Sequence record: SRR22947727_488
Length of the DNA stretch: 30,439 nucleotides
Direction: 5' to 3' (one strand)
Position 1 is the first letter of the stretch; each line of letters begins with the position of its first letter. Below the pieces are notes generated by a model that saw nothing but the letters and a program-made list of their open reading frames with translations, did not search any database and had not been told where the DNA came from. Shown here in pieces: positions 1 to 9,373 of this stretch. Made by a program: the position numbers and the translations under genes.

Positions 1-77
1 CTGTTGCCCCCTTGACTGAGACAGTAGATTCAGTTGATACAACAATCCCGTTAGATGATGAAACTTCTAATCCTTAG
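1..77 (+). CDS. 3' end of a gene truncated by the window edge, probably preprotein translocase subunit SecG (acidic/Pro-rich tail VAPLTETVDSVDTTIPLDDETSNP*)
   Basis: Frame from position 3 is open to TAG at 75-77; low-complexity acidic tail; secG normally lies directly upstream of pyrG in Alphaproteobacteria. Identity rests on synteny only. Confidence 0.45.
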   Translation, partial: VAPLTETVDSVDTTIPLDDETSNP

Positions 78-173
78 ACTGCTTAAGAAGGTAAATCATC
101 AAAGGCACTAAAGATGCTTAATTAAACGAATTAACGTTTTTCTAGGCGCTTAAGTTTTGATTGGACGGGCATC

Positions 174-1814
174 ATGGTTAGTTTAACCCCAAAATATATT
201 TTTATTACAGGTGGTGTGGTTTCTTCATTGGGAAAGGGTCTAGCTTCCGCAGCTTTAGGTGCTCTTTTACAAGCTAGAGGTTATAAAGTTAGATTGAGAA
301 AACTTGATCCCTATTTAAATGTGGATCCGGGAACTATGAGTCCTTATCAACATGGTGAAGTATATGTAACTGACGATGGAGCAGAGTCTGATCTTGACTT
401 AGGCCATTATGAGAGATTTACTGGTGTTTCTGCTGCCCAATCAGACAATATAACTACAGGCCGTATTTACTCAAATATAATCAGTAAAGAAAGAAAAGGT
501 GAGTACCTTGGAGCAACTGTGCAGGTAATACCTCACGTTACTAATGAGATAAAAGAATTTATTACATCTGATGCTGGAGATGTTGACTTTGTATTATGCG
601 AGGTCGGAGGTACAGTGGGTGATATTGAAGGTTTGCCATTTTTTGAAGCTTTACGTCAGCTTAGACAGGAGTTACCTATTAACCAAAGTTGTTATATGCA
701 TGTAACTCTAATGCCATTTATTGCCGCTGCAGGTGAAATGAAAACAAAACCCACACAACATAGTGTAAAAGAATTACGTTCAATAGGTATACAGCCAGAC
801 ATTCTTCTCTGTCGAACTGAAAGAGAAATTAGCGATAGTGACCGTAAAAAAATTAGTCGGTTTTGCAATGTTAGAGAAAGTTCTGTAATTCAAGGTCTGG
901 ATGCTAATTCAATTTATACTGTCCCTTTATCATATCATTATGAAGGACTTGATAAAGAGGTACTTTCGCACTTTAATATAATCGATGCACCAGCCGCAGA
1001 CCTAACAAAATGGCAAAAAATATCGGATACACTTAAAAGTCCCGATGGAGAAGTAAGTATTGCTGTTGTAGGAAAATATACAGTATTACCAGATGCTTAC
1101 AAGTCTATAACTGAAGCACTTGTTCATGGCGGTATAGCCAATAAAGTAAAAGTTAAGATTAAATGGTTTGAGTCGGAGGAATTTGAAAATAACGATGATA
1201 TAGAAATACTAAAATCTATTCATGGTATACTTGTTCCAGGTGGATTTGGAAAAAGAGGGTCTGAAGGTAAAATAAAAGCAGCTAATGTAGCTCGCACTTT
1301 AAGCTTACCTTATTTTGGAATTTGCTTTGGTATGCAAATGGCAGTCATCGAAGCTGCTCGTAATTTAGCAGGAATTGTAGATGCAAGCTCATCAGAATTT
1401 GATACTAAAGGTGAAAATATAGTGGGTTTGATGACAGAATGGTTCAAAGAAGGTCAAGCAGTTCATCGCAATTCTGAAACTGATTTGGGTGGAACCATGC
1501 GGTTAGGTAAATATCCAGCTGTATTGACTAAAGGTTCAGTTGTAGCAAGAGAATATGGGAAATTAAAAATTTCAGAACGCCACCGCCATAGGTATGAAGT
1601 TAATATTGAATATAAGGAAAGATTAGAGGCTGTCGGTTTATTATTTTCTGGTATTTCACCAGATGGACTATTACCTGAGATAGTAGAAATACCAAATCAC
1701 CCATGGTTTGTAGGTGTGCAATATCACCCTGAATTGAAATCTCGACCTTTTGATCCACATCCATTATTTTCTGGTTTTATAAAAGCTGCACTCATGCAAA
1801 GTAGATTGGTTTGA
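174..1814 (+). CDS. pyrG: CTP synthase
   Basis: [16 protein letters not shown]-loop, [30 protein letters not shown], glutaminase GICFGMQ and QYHPE motifs. Confidence 0.99.
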   Translation: MVSLTPKYIFITGGVVSSLGKGLASAALGALLQARGYKVRLRKLDPYLNVDPGTMSPYQHGEVYVTDDGAESDLDLGHYERFTGVSAAQSDNITTGRIYSNIISKERKGEYLGATVQVIPHVTNEIKEFITSDAGDVDFVLCEVGGTVGDIEGLPFFEALRQLRQELPINQSCYMHVTLMPFIAAAGEMKTKPTQHSVKELRSIGIQPDILLCRTEREISDSDRKKISRFCNVRESSVIQGLDANSIYTVPLSYHYEGLDKEVLSHFNIIDAPAADLTKWQKISDTLKSPDGEVSIAVVGKYTVLPDAYKSITEALVHGGIANKVKVKIKWFESEEFENNDDIEILKSIHGILVPGGFGKRGSEGKIKAANVARTLSLPYFGICFGMQMAVIEAARNLAGIVDASSSEFDTKGENIVGLMTEWFKEGQAVHRNSETDLGGTMRLGKYPAVLTKGSVVAREYGKLKISERHRHRYEVNIEYKERLEAVGLLFSGISPDGLLPEIVEIPNHPWFVGVQYHPELKSRPFDPHPLFSGFIKAALMQSRLV

Positions 1815-2422
1815 ATAAAGTGTTTTCAAGTTTTAAAAATATTTTATTCATTTCTGTATGTTGCATTTATTTCTTACTAGTTGCATGTCAGTCAAAGCCC
1901 TTAACAGCATGGAATTTATTGAGTTCTGAATCGAAAATTAATTATGTGTCTGTTAAAAATAATGATTTAATGGAAAATAATAGTTTTGAAATTTTTGAGG
2001 GGTTTGTTGGATTAGATGGTGAAGCTGAGCTAATAATAGATCTTAATTCAGTAAATACAAATAACGATATTCGTGATGAACGTATGCGTGAAATACTTTT
2101 TAAAACTGAAACACACCCATTTGCTAAAATTACTGCATTACTTGACTTGTCTGATTATGAGAAACTGTCTATTGGTTCCAGTCTTGTAAAAAATCTTGAT
2201 TTCCATTTTAGCTTTCAGGGTCTAACTAGTACTTATGAAGCTAAAATTGAAGTTTATAGGCTTAGTGTAAATAAGGTCTTAGTTAAAAGTGTTGAACCCA
2301 TATTCATCCATGGTGATGACTATGATTTATACCCTGGGCTTCAAAAATTACAGAAATTGGCTGGCTTAGATAGTATAACGCCTGTAGTACCAGTTATTGT
2401 TTCTCTAATATTTGAAAGATAA
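1811..2422 (+). CDS. YceI-family (polyisoprenoid/lipid-binding) protein, probable lipoprotein
   Basis: W-x-L...ES-x-I-x-YVS-x-K and [22 protein letters not shown] match the YceI pattern; hydrophobic N-terminus with lipobox LVAC; TTG start overlaps the pyrG stop (TTGA). Confidence 0.85.
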   Translation: MNKVFSSFKNILFISVCCIYFLLVACQSKPLTAWNLLSSESKINYVSVKNNDLMENNSFEIFEGFVGLDGEAELIIDLNSVNTNNDIRDERMREILFKTETHPFAKITALLDLSDYEKLSIGSSLVKNLDFHFSFQGLTSTYEAKIEVYRLSVNKVLVKSVEPIFIHGDDYDLYPGLQKLQKLAGLDSITPVVPVIVSLIFER

Positions 2423-2432
2423 AGAGGATTTA

Positions 2433-2771
2433 TTATACACTGAAGCTTGTACCGCATCCACATCCAGCAGTTGCATTTGGATTATTTATTTTAAATGACG
2501 ATCCAATTAGCTCATTAACAAAATCTATAGTAGCGCCAGATAAAAATTCTAAGCTTATATTATCAATTAAAACTTTCGCTCCATTTTTTTCAACGAGATG
2601 ATCCTCTTTTTCAGCTATATCGGCAAAATCATATTTATATTGAAAGCCTGAGCAACCTCCTCCTTGAACTGAAATTCTCAAGAATTTATCAAACCCTTGA
2701 TTTTTCATTATCTTAGAAATTTGTTTTGCAGCATTTTCTGTTAATGAAACTAATGTGGTGTTATCTGGCAT
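2433..2771 (-). CDS. erpA: Iron-sulfur cluster insertion protein ErpA (HesB/IscA family)
   Basis: LRISVQGGGCSGFQY and NPNATAGCGCGTSFSV motifs; divergent from dgt as is usual in Alphaproteobacteria. Confidence 0.93.
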   Translation of the reverse strand: MPDNTTLVSLTENAAKQISKIMKNQGFDKFLRISVQGGGCSGFQYKYDFADIAEKEDHLVEKNGAKVLIDNISLEFLSGATIDFVNELIGSSFKINNPNATAGCGCGTSFSV

Positions 2772-2815
2772 ATTGACTATATAAGGTAATAAATCACAAA
2801 GTTAAAGGCTTAGAT

Positions 2816-4006
2816 ATGAGTAAATTTTCTGCTTACCGTCAGCGCGCTGTATATGCTGTTGATCCTGAGAATTGCAAAGGAAGGCGTATTACACAAAAAA
2901 TCACATCAGAAAGAAGCCCATTTCAGCGTGACAAAGATAGAATTATACATAGCTCTGCTTTCCGTAGATTGAAGGGTAAAACCCAAGTATTTGTTGCACA
3001 TGAAGGTGATCACTATCGAACTCGATTGACTCATAGTTTGGAAGTATCTCAGATTGCCAGATCTATTTCGAGAGTTTTAGGTCTTGATGAAGATTTATCC
3101 GAGTGCTTAGCTCTAGCTCATGATTTAGGTCACCCCCCCTTTGGGCATTCGGGTGAGGATGCTCTATCGACAGGAATGATCAATTATGGTGGTTTTGATC
3201 ACAATGCTAATACATTACGGATAGTTGAGCATATTGAAGGTAGGTATGCGGAATTTGATGGTTTAAATTTAACTTGGGAAACTTTGGAGGGGATAGCCAA
3301 ACACAATGGGCCCTTAATTAAAGATAAATCTAAATCAAAAAAATTACCATGGGCGTTGGTCTCTCTTGAAAATTGGGAACGTCTTGACTTGCATACATAC
3401 GCTAGTGCAGAAGCACAAGTGGCAGCTATTGCAGATGATATTGCATATAATAATCACGATATTGATGATGGTTTAAGGGCCGGTTTATTTTCAATAAAAG
3501 ATATATCTGAAGTTCCAATTGTTGGTGAAACATTTATCAAAGTGAAAAAAAAGTATCCTCTTATCTCTGAAAATCGCCTTATTCATGAAGTTGTAAGAGA
3601 TATGATCGGATTTATGGTCAAAGATGTGTTAACGGAAACCCGTCAAAGACTTAATGATTCTAAACCAGGAAGTTCTGATGAAGTAAGATATCTCGGATAT
3701 CCTATTTGTGACTTTTCAGAAAGTTTTCGTGAGAAAGAAGCACCCCTACGAAAATTTTTATATGAAAATATGTACCGGCATTTTCGTGTAAATAGGACTA
3801 TGGGGCAAGCGAGACGTATAGTAAAAGATCTATTTGAGCTTTTTTTATCTGATCCTTCTTTATTACCTTCCGAATTGCAGAAAAAAGCTTCTGATCCATA
3901 TTCAGAAATCACCGCAAGGACTGTTTGTGATTACATTGCAGGAATGACAGATAATTATGCAATAAATGAACATAAGCAACTTTATTCTACTTCTGGTTAT
4001 ATATAA
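2816..4006 (+). CDS. dgt: Deoxyguanosinetriphosphate triphosphohydrolase (dGTPase-like, HD domain)
   Basis: RSPFQRDKDRIIHSSAFRRL, RTRLTHSLEV, AHDLGHPPFGHSGE, ADDIAYNNHDIDDG, DYIAGMTD. Confidence 0.96.
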   Translation: MSKFSAYRQRAVYAVDPENCKGRRITQKITSERSPFQRDKDRIIHSSAFRRLKGKTQVFVAHEGDHYRTRLTHSLEVSQIARSISRVLGLDEDLSECLALAHDLGHPPFGHSGEDALSTGMINYGGFDHNANTLRIVEHIEGRYAEFDGLNLTWETLEGIAKHNGPLIKDKSKSKKLPWALVSLENWERLDLHTYASAEAQVAAIADDIAYNNHDIDDGLRAGLFSIKDISEVPIVGETFIKVKKKYPLISENRLIHEVVRDMIGFMVKDVLTETRQRLNDSKPGSSDEVRYLGYPICDFSESFREKEAPLRKFLYENMYRHFRVNRTMGQARRIVKDLFELFLSDPSLLPSELQKKASDPYSEITARTVCDYIAGMTDNYAINEHKQLYSTSGYI

Positions 4007-4054
4007 TTTAAATTGGGAATGCATAATTTTTTAAATTCAATATATTAGAATTTG

Positions 4055-4061
4055 CGAATCA
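4055..4061 (-). promoter_or_regulatory. GANTC (CcrM) site in TGATTCG context, a GcrA-preferred motif, upstream of the ftsN-like gene
   Basis: CGAATCA on + strand (TGATTCG on -) in the 96-bp dgt/SPOR intergenic region; function inferred from Caulobacter. Confidence 0.4.
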
Positions 4062-4102
4062 ATGATTATTTTAGATCTGGAATTTTTTAGATCTATAACT
4101 GT

Positions 4103-4855
4103 ATGAATGTAAACAATATGTTTTCTACAAATAAAAAACAACATAATTCTATTTCTTCCTTTGATGTTAGGGAGAGTGTGGGACCTATAAGTTTGTTAAA
4201 ACTGTTGATTTTAATAAGTTTCTTGGTCGCCATTTTAATTATTTGTCTAAAAGTTTACCAAGGTGGCGTAAGAGAGAGAGCAGAACCCCCAACAATAGCT
4301 GGTGATAGAGCTCCATTTAAAGTTATACTCGAGGAGCCTGGAGGAGTTGAAACGCCTGACCAAGATAAAACTATTTATTCGGTAATGGAGGCAGATATAC
4401 CCAATATTAATGTAACTCCGAAAGAAGTAGTAGAAAATCCTATAGACTTTTCTGAAATTGTTACTGAAAGTTCGGTTGGTTTACCTCAAAAACTCAGCTC
4501 ATCAAAAGTAGAGGCAATTAATCGAGTAAGTCCAGTCTTAAGCTCCTCAGATAACATAAAGACATCTGGTCCTGGTTATATTAAAACTGCACCAAATCTT
4601 ACGAGTGATTTTGTAATACAAATGGCGTCTGTTCGGAGCAAAGAAGCAGCAGAGTACCTTTGGAGCGATATCAAAATAAAACATAAAGATCTATTTTATC
4701 CAGATCTTTATCATAACATTAAGATTGTAGATTTAGGGAATAAAGGAATATATTACCGGTTAAGGGTTGCTGGTTTTACAGATAAAGTAGCAGCTGGTAT
4801 ATTTTGTGAGAAACTTAAGGATTTAAATCAGGCCTGCTTTGTAACACGGAAATAA
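4103..4855 (+). CDS. SPOR-domain cell division protein (FtsN-like)
   Basis: Single N-terminal TM helix, PPTI..D..PFKV..EEPGG..PDQDKTIY motif, low-complexity linker, C-terminal SPOR domain (FVIQMASVRS...GIYYRLRVAGF...C..LK....CFV); upstream of nagZ-scpAB like alphaproteobacterial ftsN. Confidence 0.85.
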   Translation: MNVNNMFSTNKKQHNSISSFDVRESVGPISLLKLLILISFLVAILIICLKVYQGGVRERAEPPTIAGDRAPFKVILEEPGGVETPDQDKTIYSVMEADIPNINVTPKEVVENPIDFSEIVTESSVGLPQKLSSSKVEAINRVSPVLSSSDNIKTSGPGYIKTAPNLTSDFVIQMASVRSKEAAEYLWSDIKIKHKDLFYPDLYHNIKIVDLGNKGIYYRLRVAGFTDKVAAGIFCEKLKDLNQACFVTRK

Positions 4856-4856
4856 T

Positions 4857-5876
4857 GTGCGTAAACTTTCTGTAATTTTTGGTTTGTCGGGCTTTACGCT
4901 TTCACAAAAAGAAAAAGATTTTTTTCAAGAAGTTAACCCTTGGGCTTTTATTCTTTTTAAGCGTAATGTTTTTAATAAAGAGCAACTTTATAGGCTTACA
5001 TCCGATTTACGTCAGGCTTTAGGTAGGAATTGTTTAATATTTATTGATCAAGAGGGAGGACGTGTTCAACGTTTAAATAGTCCAAATTGGCCAAAGTATC
5101 CTTCAGGTTCTTTTTATAATGATTTATATTCGATAAATAAAGCACTAGCTTTAAGATCAGCTTACTCAGCTTTTAGGATGATCGCAGATGATTTGCGTGA
5201 ATGTGGTATAACAGCAAATTGTGCTCCAGTTTTGGATATTCCAGTTGAGGGTGCAGATCCTATTATATCTGATAGGGCTTATGGCCAGAATGCCTCTCAG
5301 GTAATTGATATCGCTAATGCCGTTATGGCTGGTTTAATGTCAGGTGGCGTGGTTCCTGTAATTAAGCATATACCAGGCCATGGTAGAGCTAATGTTGATA
5401 GTCATAAAGAATTGCCAAAAATACCATCTAAATTAAAAACATTAAGGAATTCAGATTTTTTGCCTTTCAAATCCCTTAAAGAGGCGCCCATTGCAATGAC
5501 TGCTCATGCTGTTTACGAATGCAGTTCGAAATTACCTCTAACTGTATCAAAGAAGTCTTTTGAAGGCCTAGTTAGAAAAGAAATAGGATATAATGGTCTT
5601 GTTATGAGTGACGACCTTGATATGAGGGCGCTTAGCGGAGATCTGACAAAAAGAACGATAGCGAGTTTAAATGCAGGCTGTGATATTGCTTTACAATGTT
5701 CAGGTAATCTAGAAGCTATGAATAAAGTAGCTAAAGGAGCTAAGACTTTAGAGGGCATAAGCCTGTACAGAGCTACAGTAGCAGATTACTGTAGTGATAT
5801 TTTCGATTGCATTGATAGAGAAGTACTAAAGAATGAACTAAATTCTTCAATTGTATTTCACCAGAAATATTTTTAA
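4857..5876 (+). CDS. nagZ: Beta-N-acetylhexosaminidase (GH3), peptidoglycan recycling
   Basis: IDQEGGRVQRL, KHIPGHG...DSH, MTAH, MSDDLDM motifs; GTG start. Confidence 0.95.
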   Translation: MRKLSVIFGLSGFTLSQKEKDFFQEVNPWAFILFKRNVFNKEQLYRLTSDLRQALGRNCLIFIDQEGGRVQRLNSPNWPKYPSGSFYNDLYSINKALALRSAYSAFRMIADDLRECGITANCAPVLDIPVEGADPIISDRAYGQNASQVIDIANAVMAGLMSGGVVPVIKHIPGHGRANVDSHKELPKIPSKLKTLRNSDFLPFKSLKEAPIAMTAHAVYECSSKLPLTVSKKSFEGLVRKEIGYNGLVMSDDLDMRALSGDLTKRTIASLNAGCDIALQCSGNLEAMNKVAKGAKTLEGISLYRATVADYCSDIFDCIDREVLKNELNSSIVFHQKYF

Positions 5877-5893
5877 TGAATTGAGGTTTGATT

Positions 5894-6703
5894 ATGAGCG
5901 AAGCATTTCAAGAAGATTTTGATTTTAAAGTTGCTAATGATGCGGCCGATGATGGGCTAGCTTTATTAGTCGATATAGATGGATATGAAGGTCCTTTGCA
6001 TCTTTTACTTGACCTAGCACGCAAACAAAAAGTTGATATAACTAATATTTCAATATTAGAATTGGCTGACCAATATATTAATTTTATAAAGAGTGCTAAT
6101 GATTTACGAATTGAACTAGCAGCTGATTATTTAGTAATGGCCTCTTGGCTCGCTTATTTGAAATCTCGTTTGATTATTCCAAATGAGACTGAAGATGATG
6201 TTCTTGATGAGACCGATAGTATGGCACTTCATTTAGCTTTTAGACTCGAAAGACTTGATGCAATGCGTATAGCAGCCCAAGGTTTGTTAAGCTTGCCTCA
6301 ATTGGGTCAACAAGTTTTTAAACGTGGAATGCCTGAAGGACTACGTTCGCGTAAAACACATTTATGGGAAGCTGAAATATTTGATATATTAAGTGCATAT
6401 GGTATCTCAAGGTCAAGGTCAGTAATGCAACACCACAAAATAGAAAAGCCTATGATACTTTCTCTTTCAGGCGCAAGAAAACGGTTAATGAAAGCTATAC
6501 TATCTATTTCTTCTAATTCTAAAATATGGACTGAATTTGCGAACTTGTTACCTCAAAAAAATGATTTTGACGAAGGTGTTCCAATTGAATCTATTGAGGC
6601 CAGTACATTGTTAGCTAGTCTTGAACTTACCAAAGAGGGTGACATTCAAGTACGGCAAGATAGTTCTTTTAGTCCTATATACATACGTAATAATAAACAA
6701 TAA
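5894..6703 (+). CDS. scpA: Segregation and condensation protein A (kleisin)
   Basis: YEGPLHLLLDLARKQKVD, LAADYLVMASWLAYLKSRL; ATG 5894 preferred because GAGG lies at 5883-5886. Confidence 0.95.
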   Translation: MSEAFQEDFDFKVANDAADDGLALLVDIDGYEGPLHLLLDLARKQKVDITNISILELADQYINFIKSANDLRIELAADYLVMASWLAYLKSRLIIPNETEDDVLDETDSMALHLAFRLERLDAMRIAAQGLLSLPQLGQQVFKRGMPEGLRSRKTHLWEAEIFDILSAYGISRSRSVMQHHKIEKPMILSLSGARKRLMKAILSISSNSKIWTEFANLLPQKNDFDEGVPIESIEASTLLASLELTKEGDIQVRQDSSFSPIYIRNNKQ

Positions 6704-6718
6704 TTTAGAAAGTAAATC

Positions 6719-7447
6719 ATGAAAAAACGCGTTCAAAGTGCATCTAATGGCGTAAGCAATTCTGTATCTAACTTGAAAGCTAGATTGTTCTCAGATTCTG
6801 AAGTAATTATGGATAATGATTTAAGATTGCTTGAGGCATTATTGTTTGCTGCGGTTGAGCCCATTGATACACAAACATTACGCGAAAGGTTAGGCGCTGA
6901 CGTAGATGTAAGTGTTTTATTAGCACATTTGCAGAAAGATTATGCAGGTAGAGGTATTAATTTGATTCGAGTTGCTGATGCATGGAGATTTCAAACTTCA
7001 ATTGATTTACAAGCTGATTTAGTTGACCTTAAGGAGATACCAAAAAAGCTTTCAAAAGCAGCATTAGAAACGCTAGCGATTATTGCTTATCATCAACCAG
7101 TAACTCGCGCGGAGATTGAAGAGGTAAGAGGAGTTGCTGTATCTAAGGGCACTATTGATGTTTTGATGGAATTAAAGTGGGTTAGGTTAAGAGGTAGAAG
7201 ACGCACTCCAGGCCGTCCTGTTACATACGGAACTACTGATGCATTTTTAGCTCATTTTAATTTAGAAGAAATATCTGATTTACCGGGTCGTGAAGATTTA
7301 CGCGCTGCTGGGTTGCTTGACCCAAGACTACCCAAAGACTTTGAAATTCCAGAGCCAATGATGGCCGATGATATAAATTTAGATGAAGAATTAGAAGAGT
7401 TTGAAGGTAAAAATCAATTTTTTGAAGACTTTTTATCTGAATCTTAA
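6719..7447 (+). CDS. scpB: SMC-Scp complex subunit ScpB
   Basis: LEALLFA, LSKAALETLAIIAYHQPVTRAEIEEVRGV, PGRPVTYGTT..FL..F.L....LP. Confidence 0.96.
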   Translation: MKKRVQSASNGVSNSVSNLKARLFSDSEVIMDNDLRLLEALLFAAVEPIDTQTLRERLGADVDVSVLLAHLQKDYAGRGINLIRVADAWRFQTSIDLQADLVDLKEIPKKLSKAALETLAIIAYHQPVTRAEIEEVRGVAVSKGTIDVLMELKWVRLRGRRRTPGRPVTYGTTDAFLAHFNLEEISDLPGREDLRAAGLLDPRLPKDFEIPEPMMADDINLDEELEEFEGKNQFFEDFLSES

Positions 7448-7543
7448 GTTTTTTCAGACTATTATATAATTTTTTTAAATAATGTAGTCTTGTATAGAAT
7501 GCTCAGGGAAGCTAAAAGAAAATATATCAAGAAAGAAAAGAAT

Positions 7544-7744
7544 ATGGCTATAGGACCTTTACAGATAATAATAATACTTGTCATCGCATTATTGGTTTTT
7601 GGTGGCAGAGGAAAGATTTCATCAATTATGGGTGACTTTGGAAAGGGTATAACATCTTTTAAGAAGGGCTTAAAAGATGATTCTGATGACAAAGTTAACT
7701 CACCAGAAGAAGCTCTAGATGTAACACCTAAAAAAGACAAGTAA
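7544..7744 (+). CDS. tatA: Twin-arginine translocase subunit TatA
   Basis: [46 protein letters not shown] 7544 preferred over the TTG at 7490. Confidence 0.95.
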   Translation: MAIGPLQIIIILVIALLVFGGRGKISSIMGDFGKGITSFKKGLKDDSDDKVNSPEEALDVTPKKDK

Positions 7745-7761
7745 ACAATTAGAGGATATCC

Positions 7762-8097
7762 GTGACACCTCAATTTGGCTTTTCTGAAATATTAATATTG
7801 GCTTTATTAGCAATTATAGTTGTGGGTCCCAAAGACTTACCAGTCTTAATGAGAAATATTGGTAAATTTTTTTCAACTTTGCAGTCTTTAGGTAATGAAT
7901 TTAAGACTGCTTTTGCGGATATGGATGCGACTAATGAAATTTCTGAAATCCAAAAAGAAATAAGTAGTTTAAAGGACTTTGGTAAGTATGAAAATTTTTT
8001 GGATAGTGATATAAAGGAAGAGTTGTTTAGTCTTGATGCAGAATTAAGAGAAGAGATTTTACCTAGTGATAAAAAAACTGATGGCTCTGTTTCATGA
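7762..8097 (+). CDS. tatB: Twin-arginine translocase subunit TatB
   Basis: FGFSEILILALLAIIVVGPKDLP; GTG start with AGAGGA RBS. Confidence 0.93.
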   Translation: MTPQFGFSEILILALLAIIVVGPKDLPVLMRNIGKFFSTLQSLGNEFKTAFADMDATNEISEIQKEISSLKDFGKYENFLDSDIKEELFSLDAELREEILPSDKKTDGSVS

Positions 8098-8891
8098 ATA
8101 AAAATAAGTTAATCAATAAAATTGATGACACAAAAGCTCCACTGATCGATCATTTAGTGGAATTAAGACAAAGACTCATTAAGTGTATACTAGCAATAAT
8201 ATTTGGATGTGTATTGTGTGCTCCATTTCTGAAGGAAATTATGGAGATTTTAATATGGCCATTTGATGTTGCTATAGATAGGTATAATTATTCTTTGATC
8301 GCTAATGGTGCCGAAGAAATTAAGCTTGACCTTATTGCTACTCATCCAATGGAAACCTTTTTCGTTAAATTAAAAATTGCTTTATTTGGCGGCATTGTCC
8401 TCTCATTTCCAATATTGGCTTATCAACTTTATCGTTTTATTGCACCTGGCTTGTATAGAAATGAGAGGAAAGCTGTATTGCCCTATCTGGTTATTTCACC
8501 ATTTCTTTTTTTTCTAGGTGCTTCTCTTGTTTTCTTTTATATCTTTCCATTTGTTATGGAGTTTGCTTTAAATCAACAGACTTTAAGTGATAAAAATCAA
8601 ATTGATTTATTAACTAAAATTAGTGATTATTTGAGGCTATCAACTACACTTTTTCTTGCTTTTGGTTTTTCTTTTCAACTTCCCGTAATATTAAGTTTTT
8701 TAGCACGAGCTGGCGTAGTCACTTCTGAATCTCTTAAACGTTCACGAAAGTATGCTATTTTTTTTATAGCTGTATTTGCTGCATTTGTTACACCGCCAGA
8801 TCCGATTACTCAAATCGTATTGGGCAGTGCAATTTACTTGCTTTATGAGTTATCAATTTTTTCAAGTCATATAGTTGAATCTAAAAATTAA
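8094..8891 (+). CDS. tatC: Twin-arginine translocase subunit TatC
   Basis: PLIDHLVELRQRL, FIAPGLYRNE, FQLPV, TPPDPITQ, LYELSI; ATGA overlap with tatB. Confidence 0.98.
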   Translation: MNKNKLINKIDDTKAPLIDHLVELRQRLIKCILAIIFGCVLCAPFLKEIMEILIWPFDVAIDRYNYSLIANGAEEIKLDLIATHPMETFFVKLKIALFGGIVLSFPILAYQLYRFIAPGLYRNERKAVLPYLVISPFLFFLGASLVFFYIFPFVMEFALNQQTLSDKNQIDLLTKISDYLRLSTTLFLAFGFSFQLPVILSFLARAGVVTSESLKRSRKYAIFFIAVFAAFVTPPDPITQIVLGSAIYLLYELSIFSSHIVESKN

Positions 8892-9010
8892 AAAATTATC
8901 ATTGGTTAACTTAAAATTCTTAGTATACTCAATTTGGGCATTGCATATGCGTATTAGGAGTTTATATAAACTTTAGATCTCGTATATGAGCTATTTTTTT
9001 TGGGGGTACT

Positions 9011-9340
9011 ATGTTGAACTTAATTATGCAAACGTCGCCAGGTGGCGCAGGTATTATACAGAACTTTTTGCCTATACTGTTGATAGGTATTATCTTTTAT
9101 TTTTTATTAATTCGTCCTCAAAATCAGCGAATGAAAGCTCATAAAAATATGTTATCTGAAATCTCAAGGGGAGATGTTATTGTTACCAATGGCGGGTTAG
9201 TTGGTAAGGTCAAGAAAGTTTCAGATGAGGAATTAAATGTTGATTTTAACGGAAATGAAATCAAAGTAGTACGTACTATGATTGCTGATGTAAGAAATAA
9301 GCCTGCCCCTGCAAATGATACAGGAAAAAAGAAAAAATAA
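9011..9340 (+). CDS. yajC: Preprotein translocase subunit YajC
   Basis: IFYFLLIRPQ..R.K.H..M...I..GD.IVT.GGLVG.V; directly upstream of secD. Confidence 0.96.
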   Translation: MLNLIMQTSPGGAGIIQNFLPILLIGIIFYFLLIRPQNQRMKAHKNMLSEISRGDVIVTNGGLVGKVKKVSDEELNVDFNGNEIKVVRTMIADVRNKPAPANDTGKKKK

Positions 9341-9373
9341 CTAAACATCGATAAGTAGGCTGTCTATACAATC

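Noticed and set aside
161-190. GGGC just before the pyrG start, reminiscent of Bacillus pyrG reiterative-transcription attenuation
   Set aside because: No leader terminator or antiterminator between GGGC and the ATG; more simply part of the RBS region
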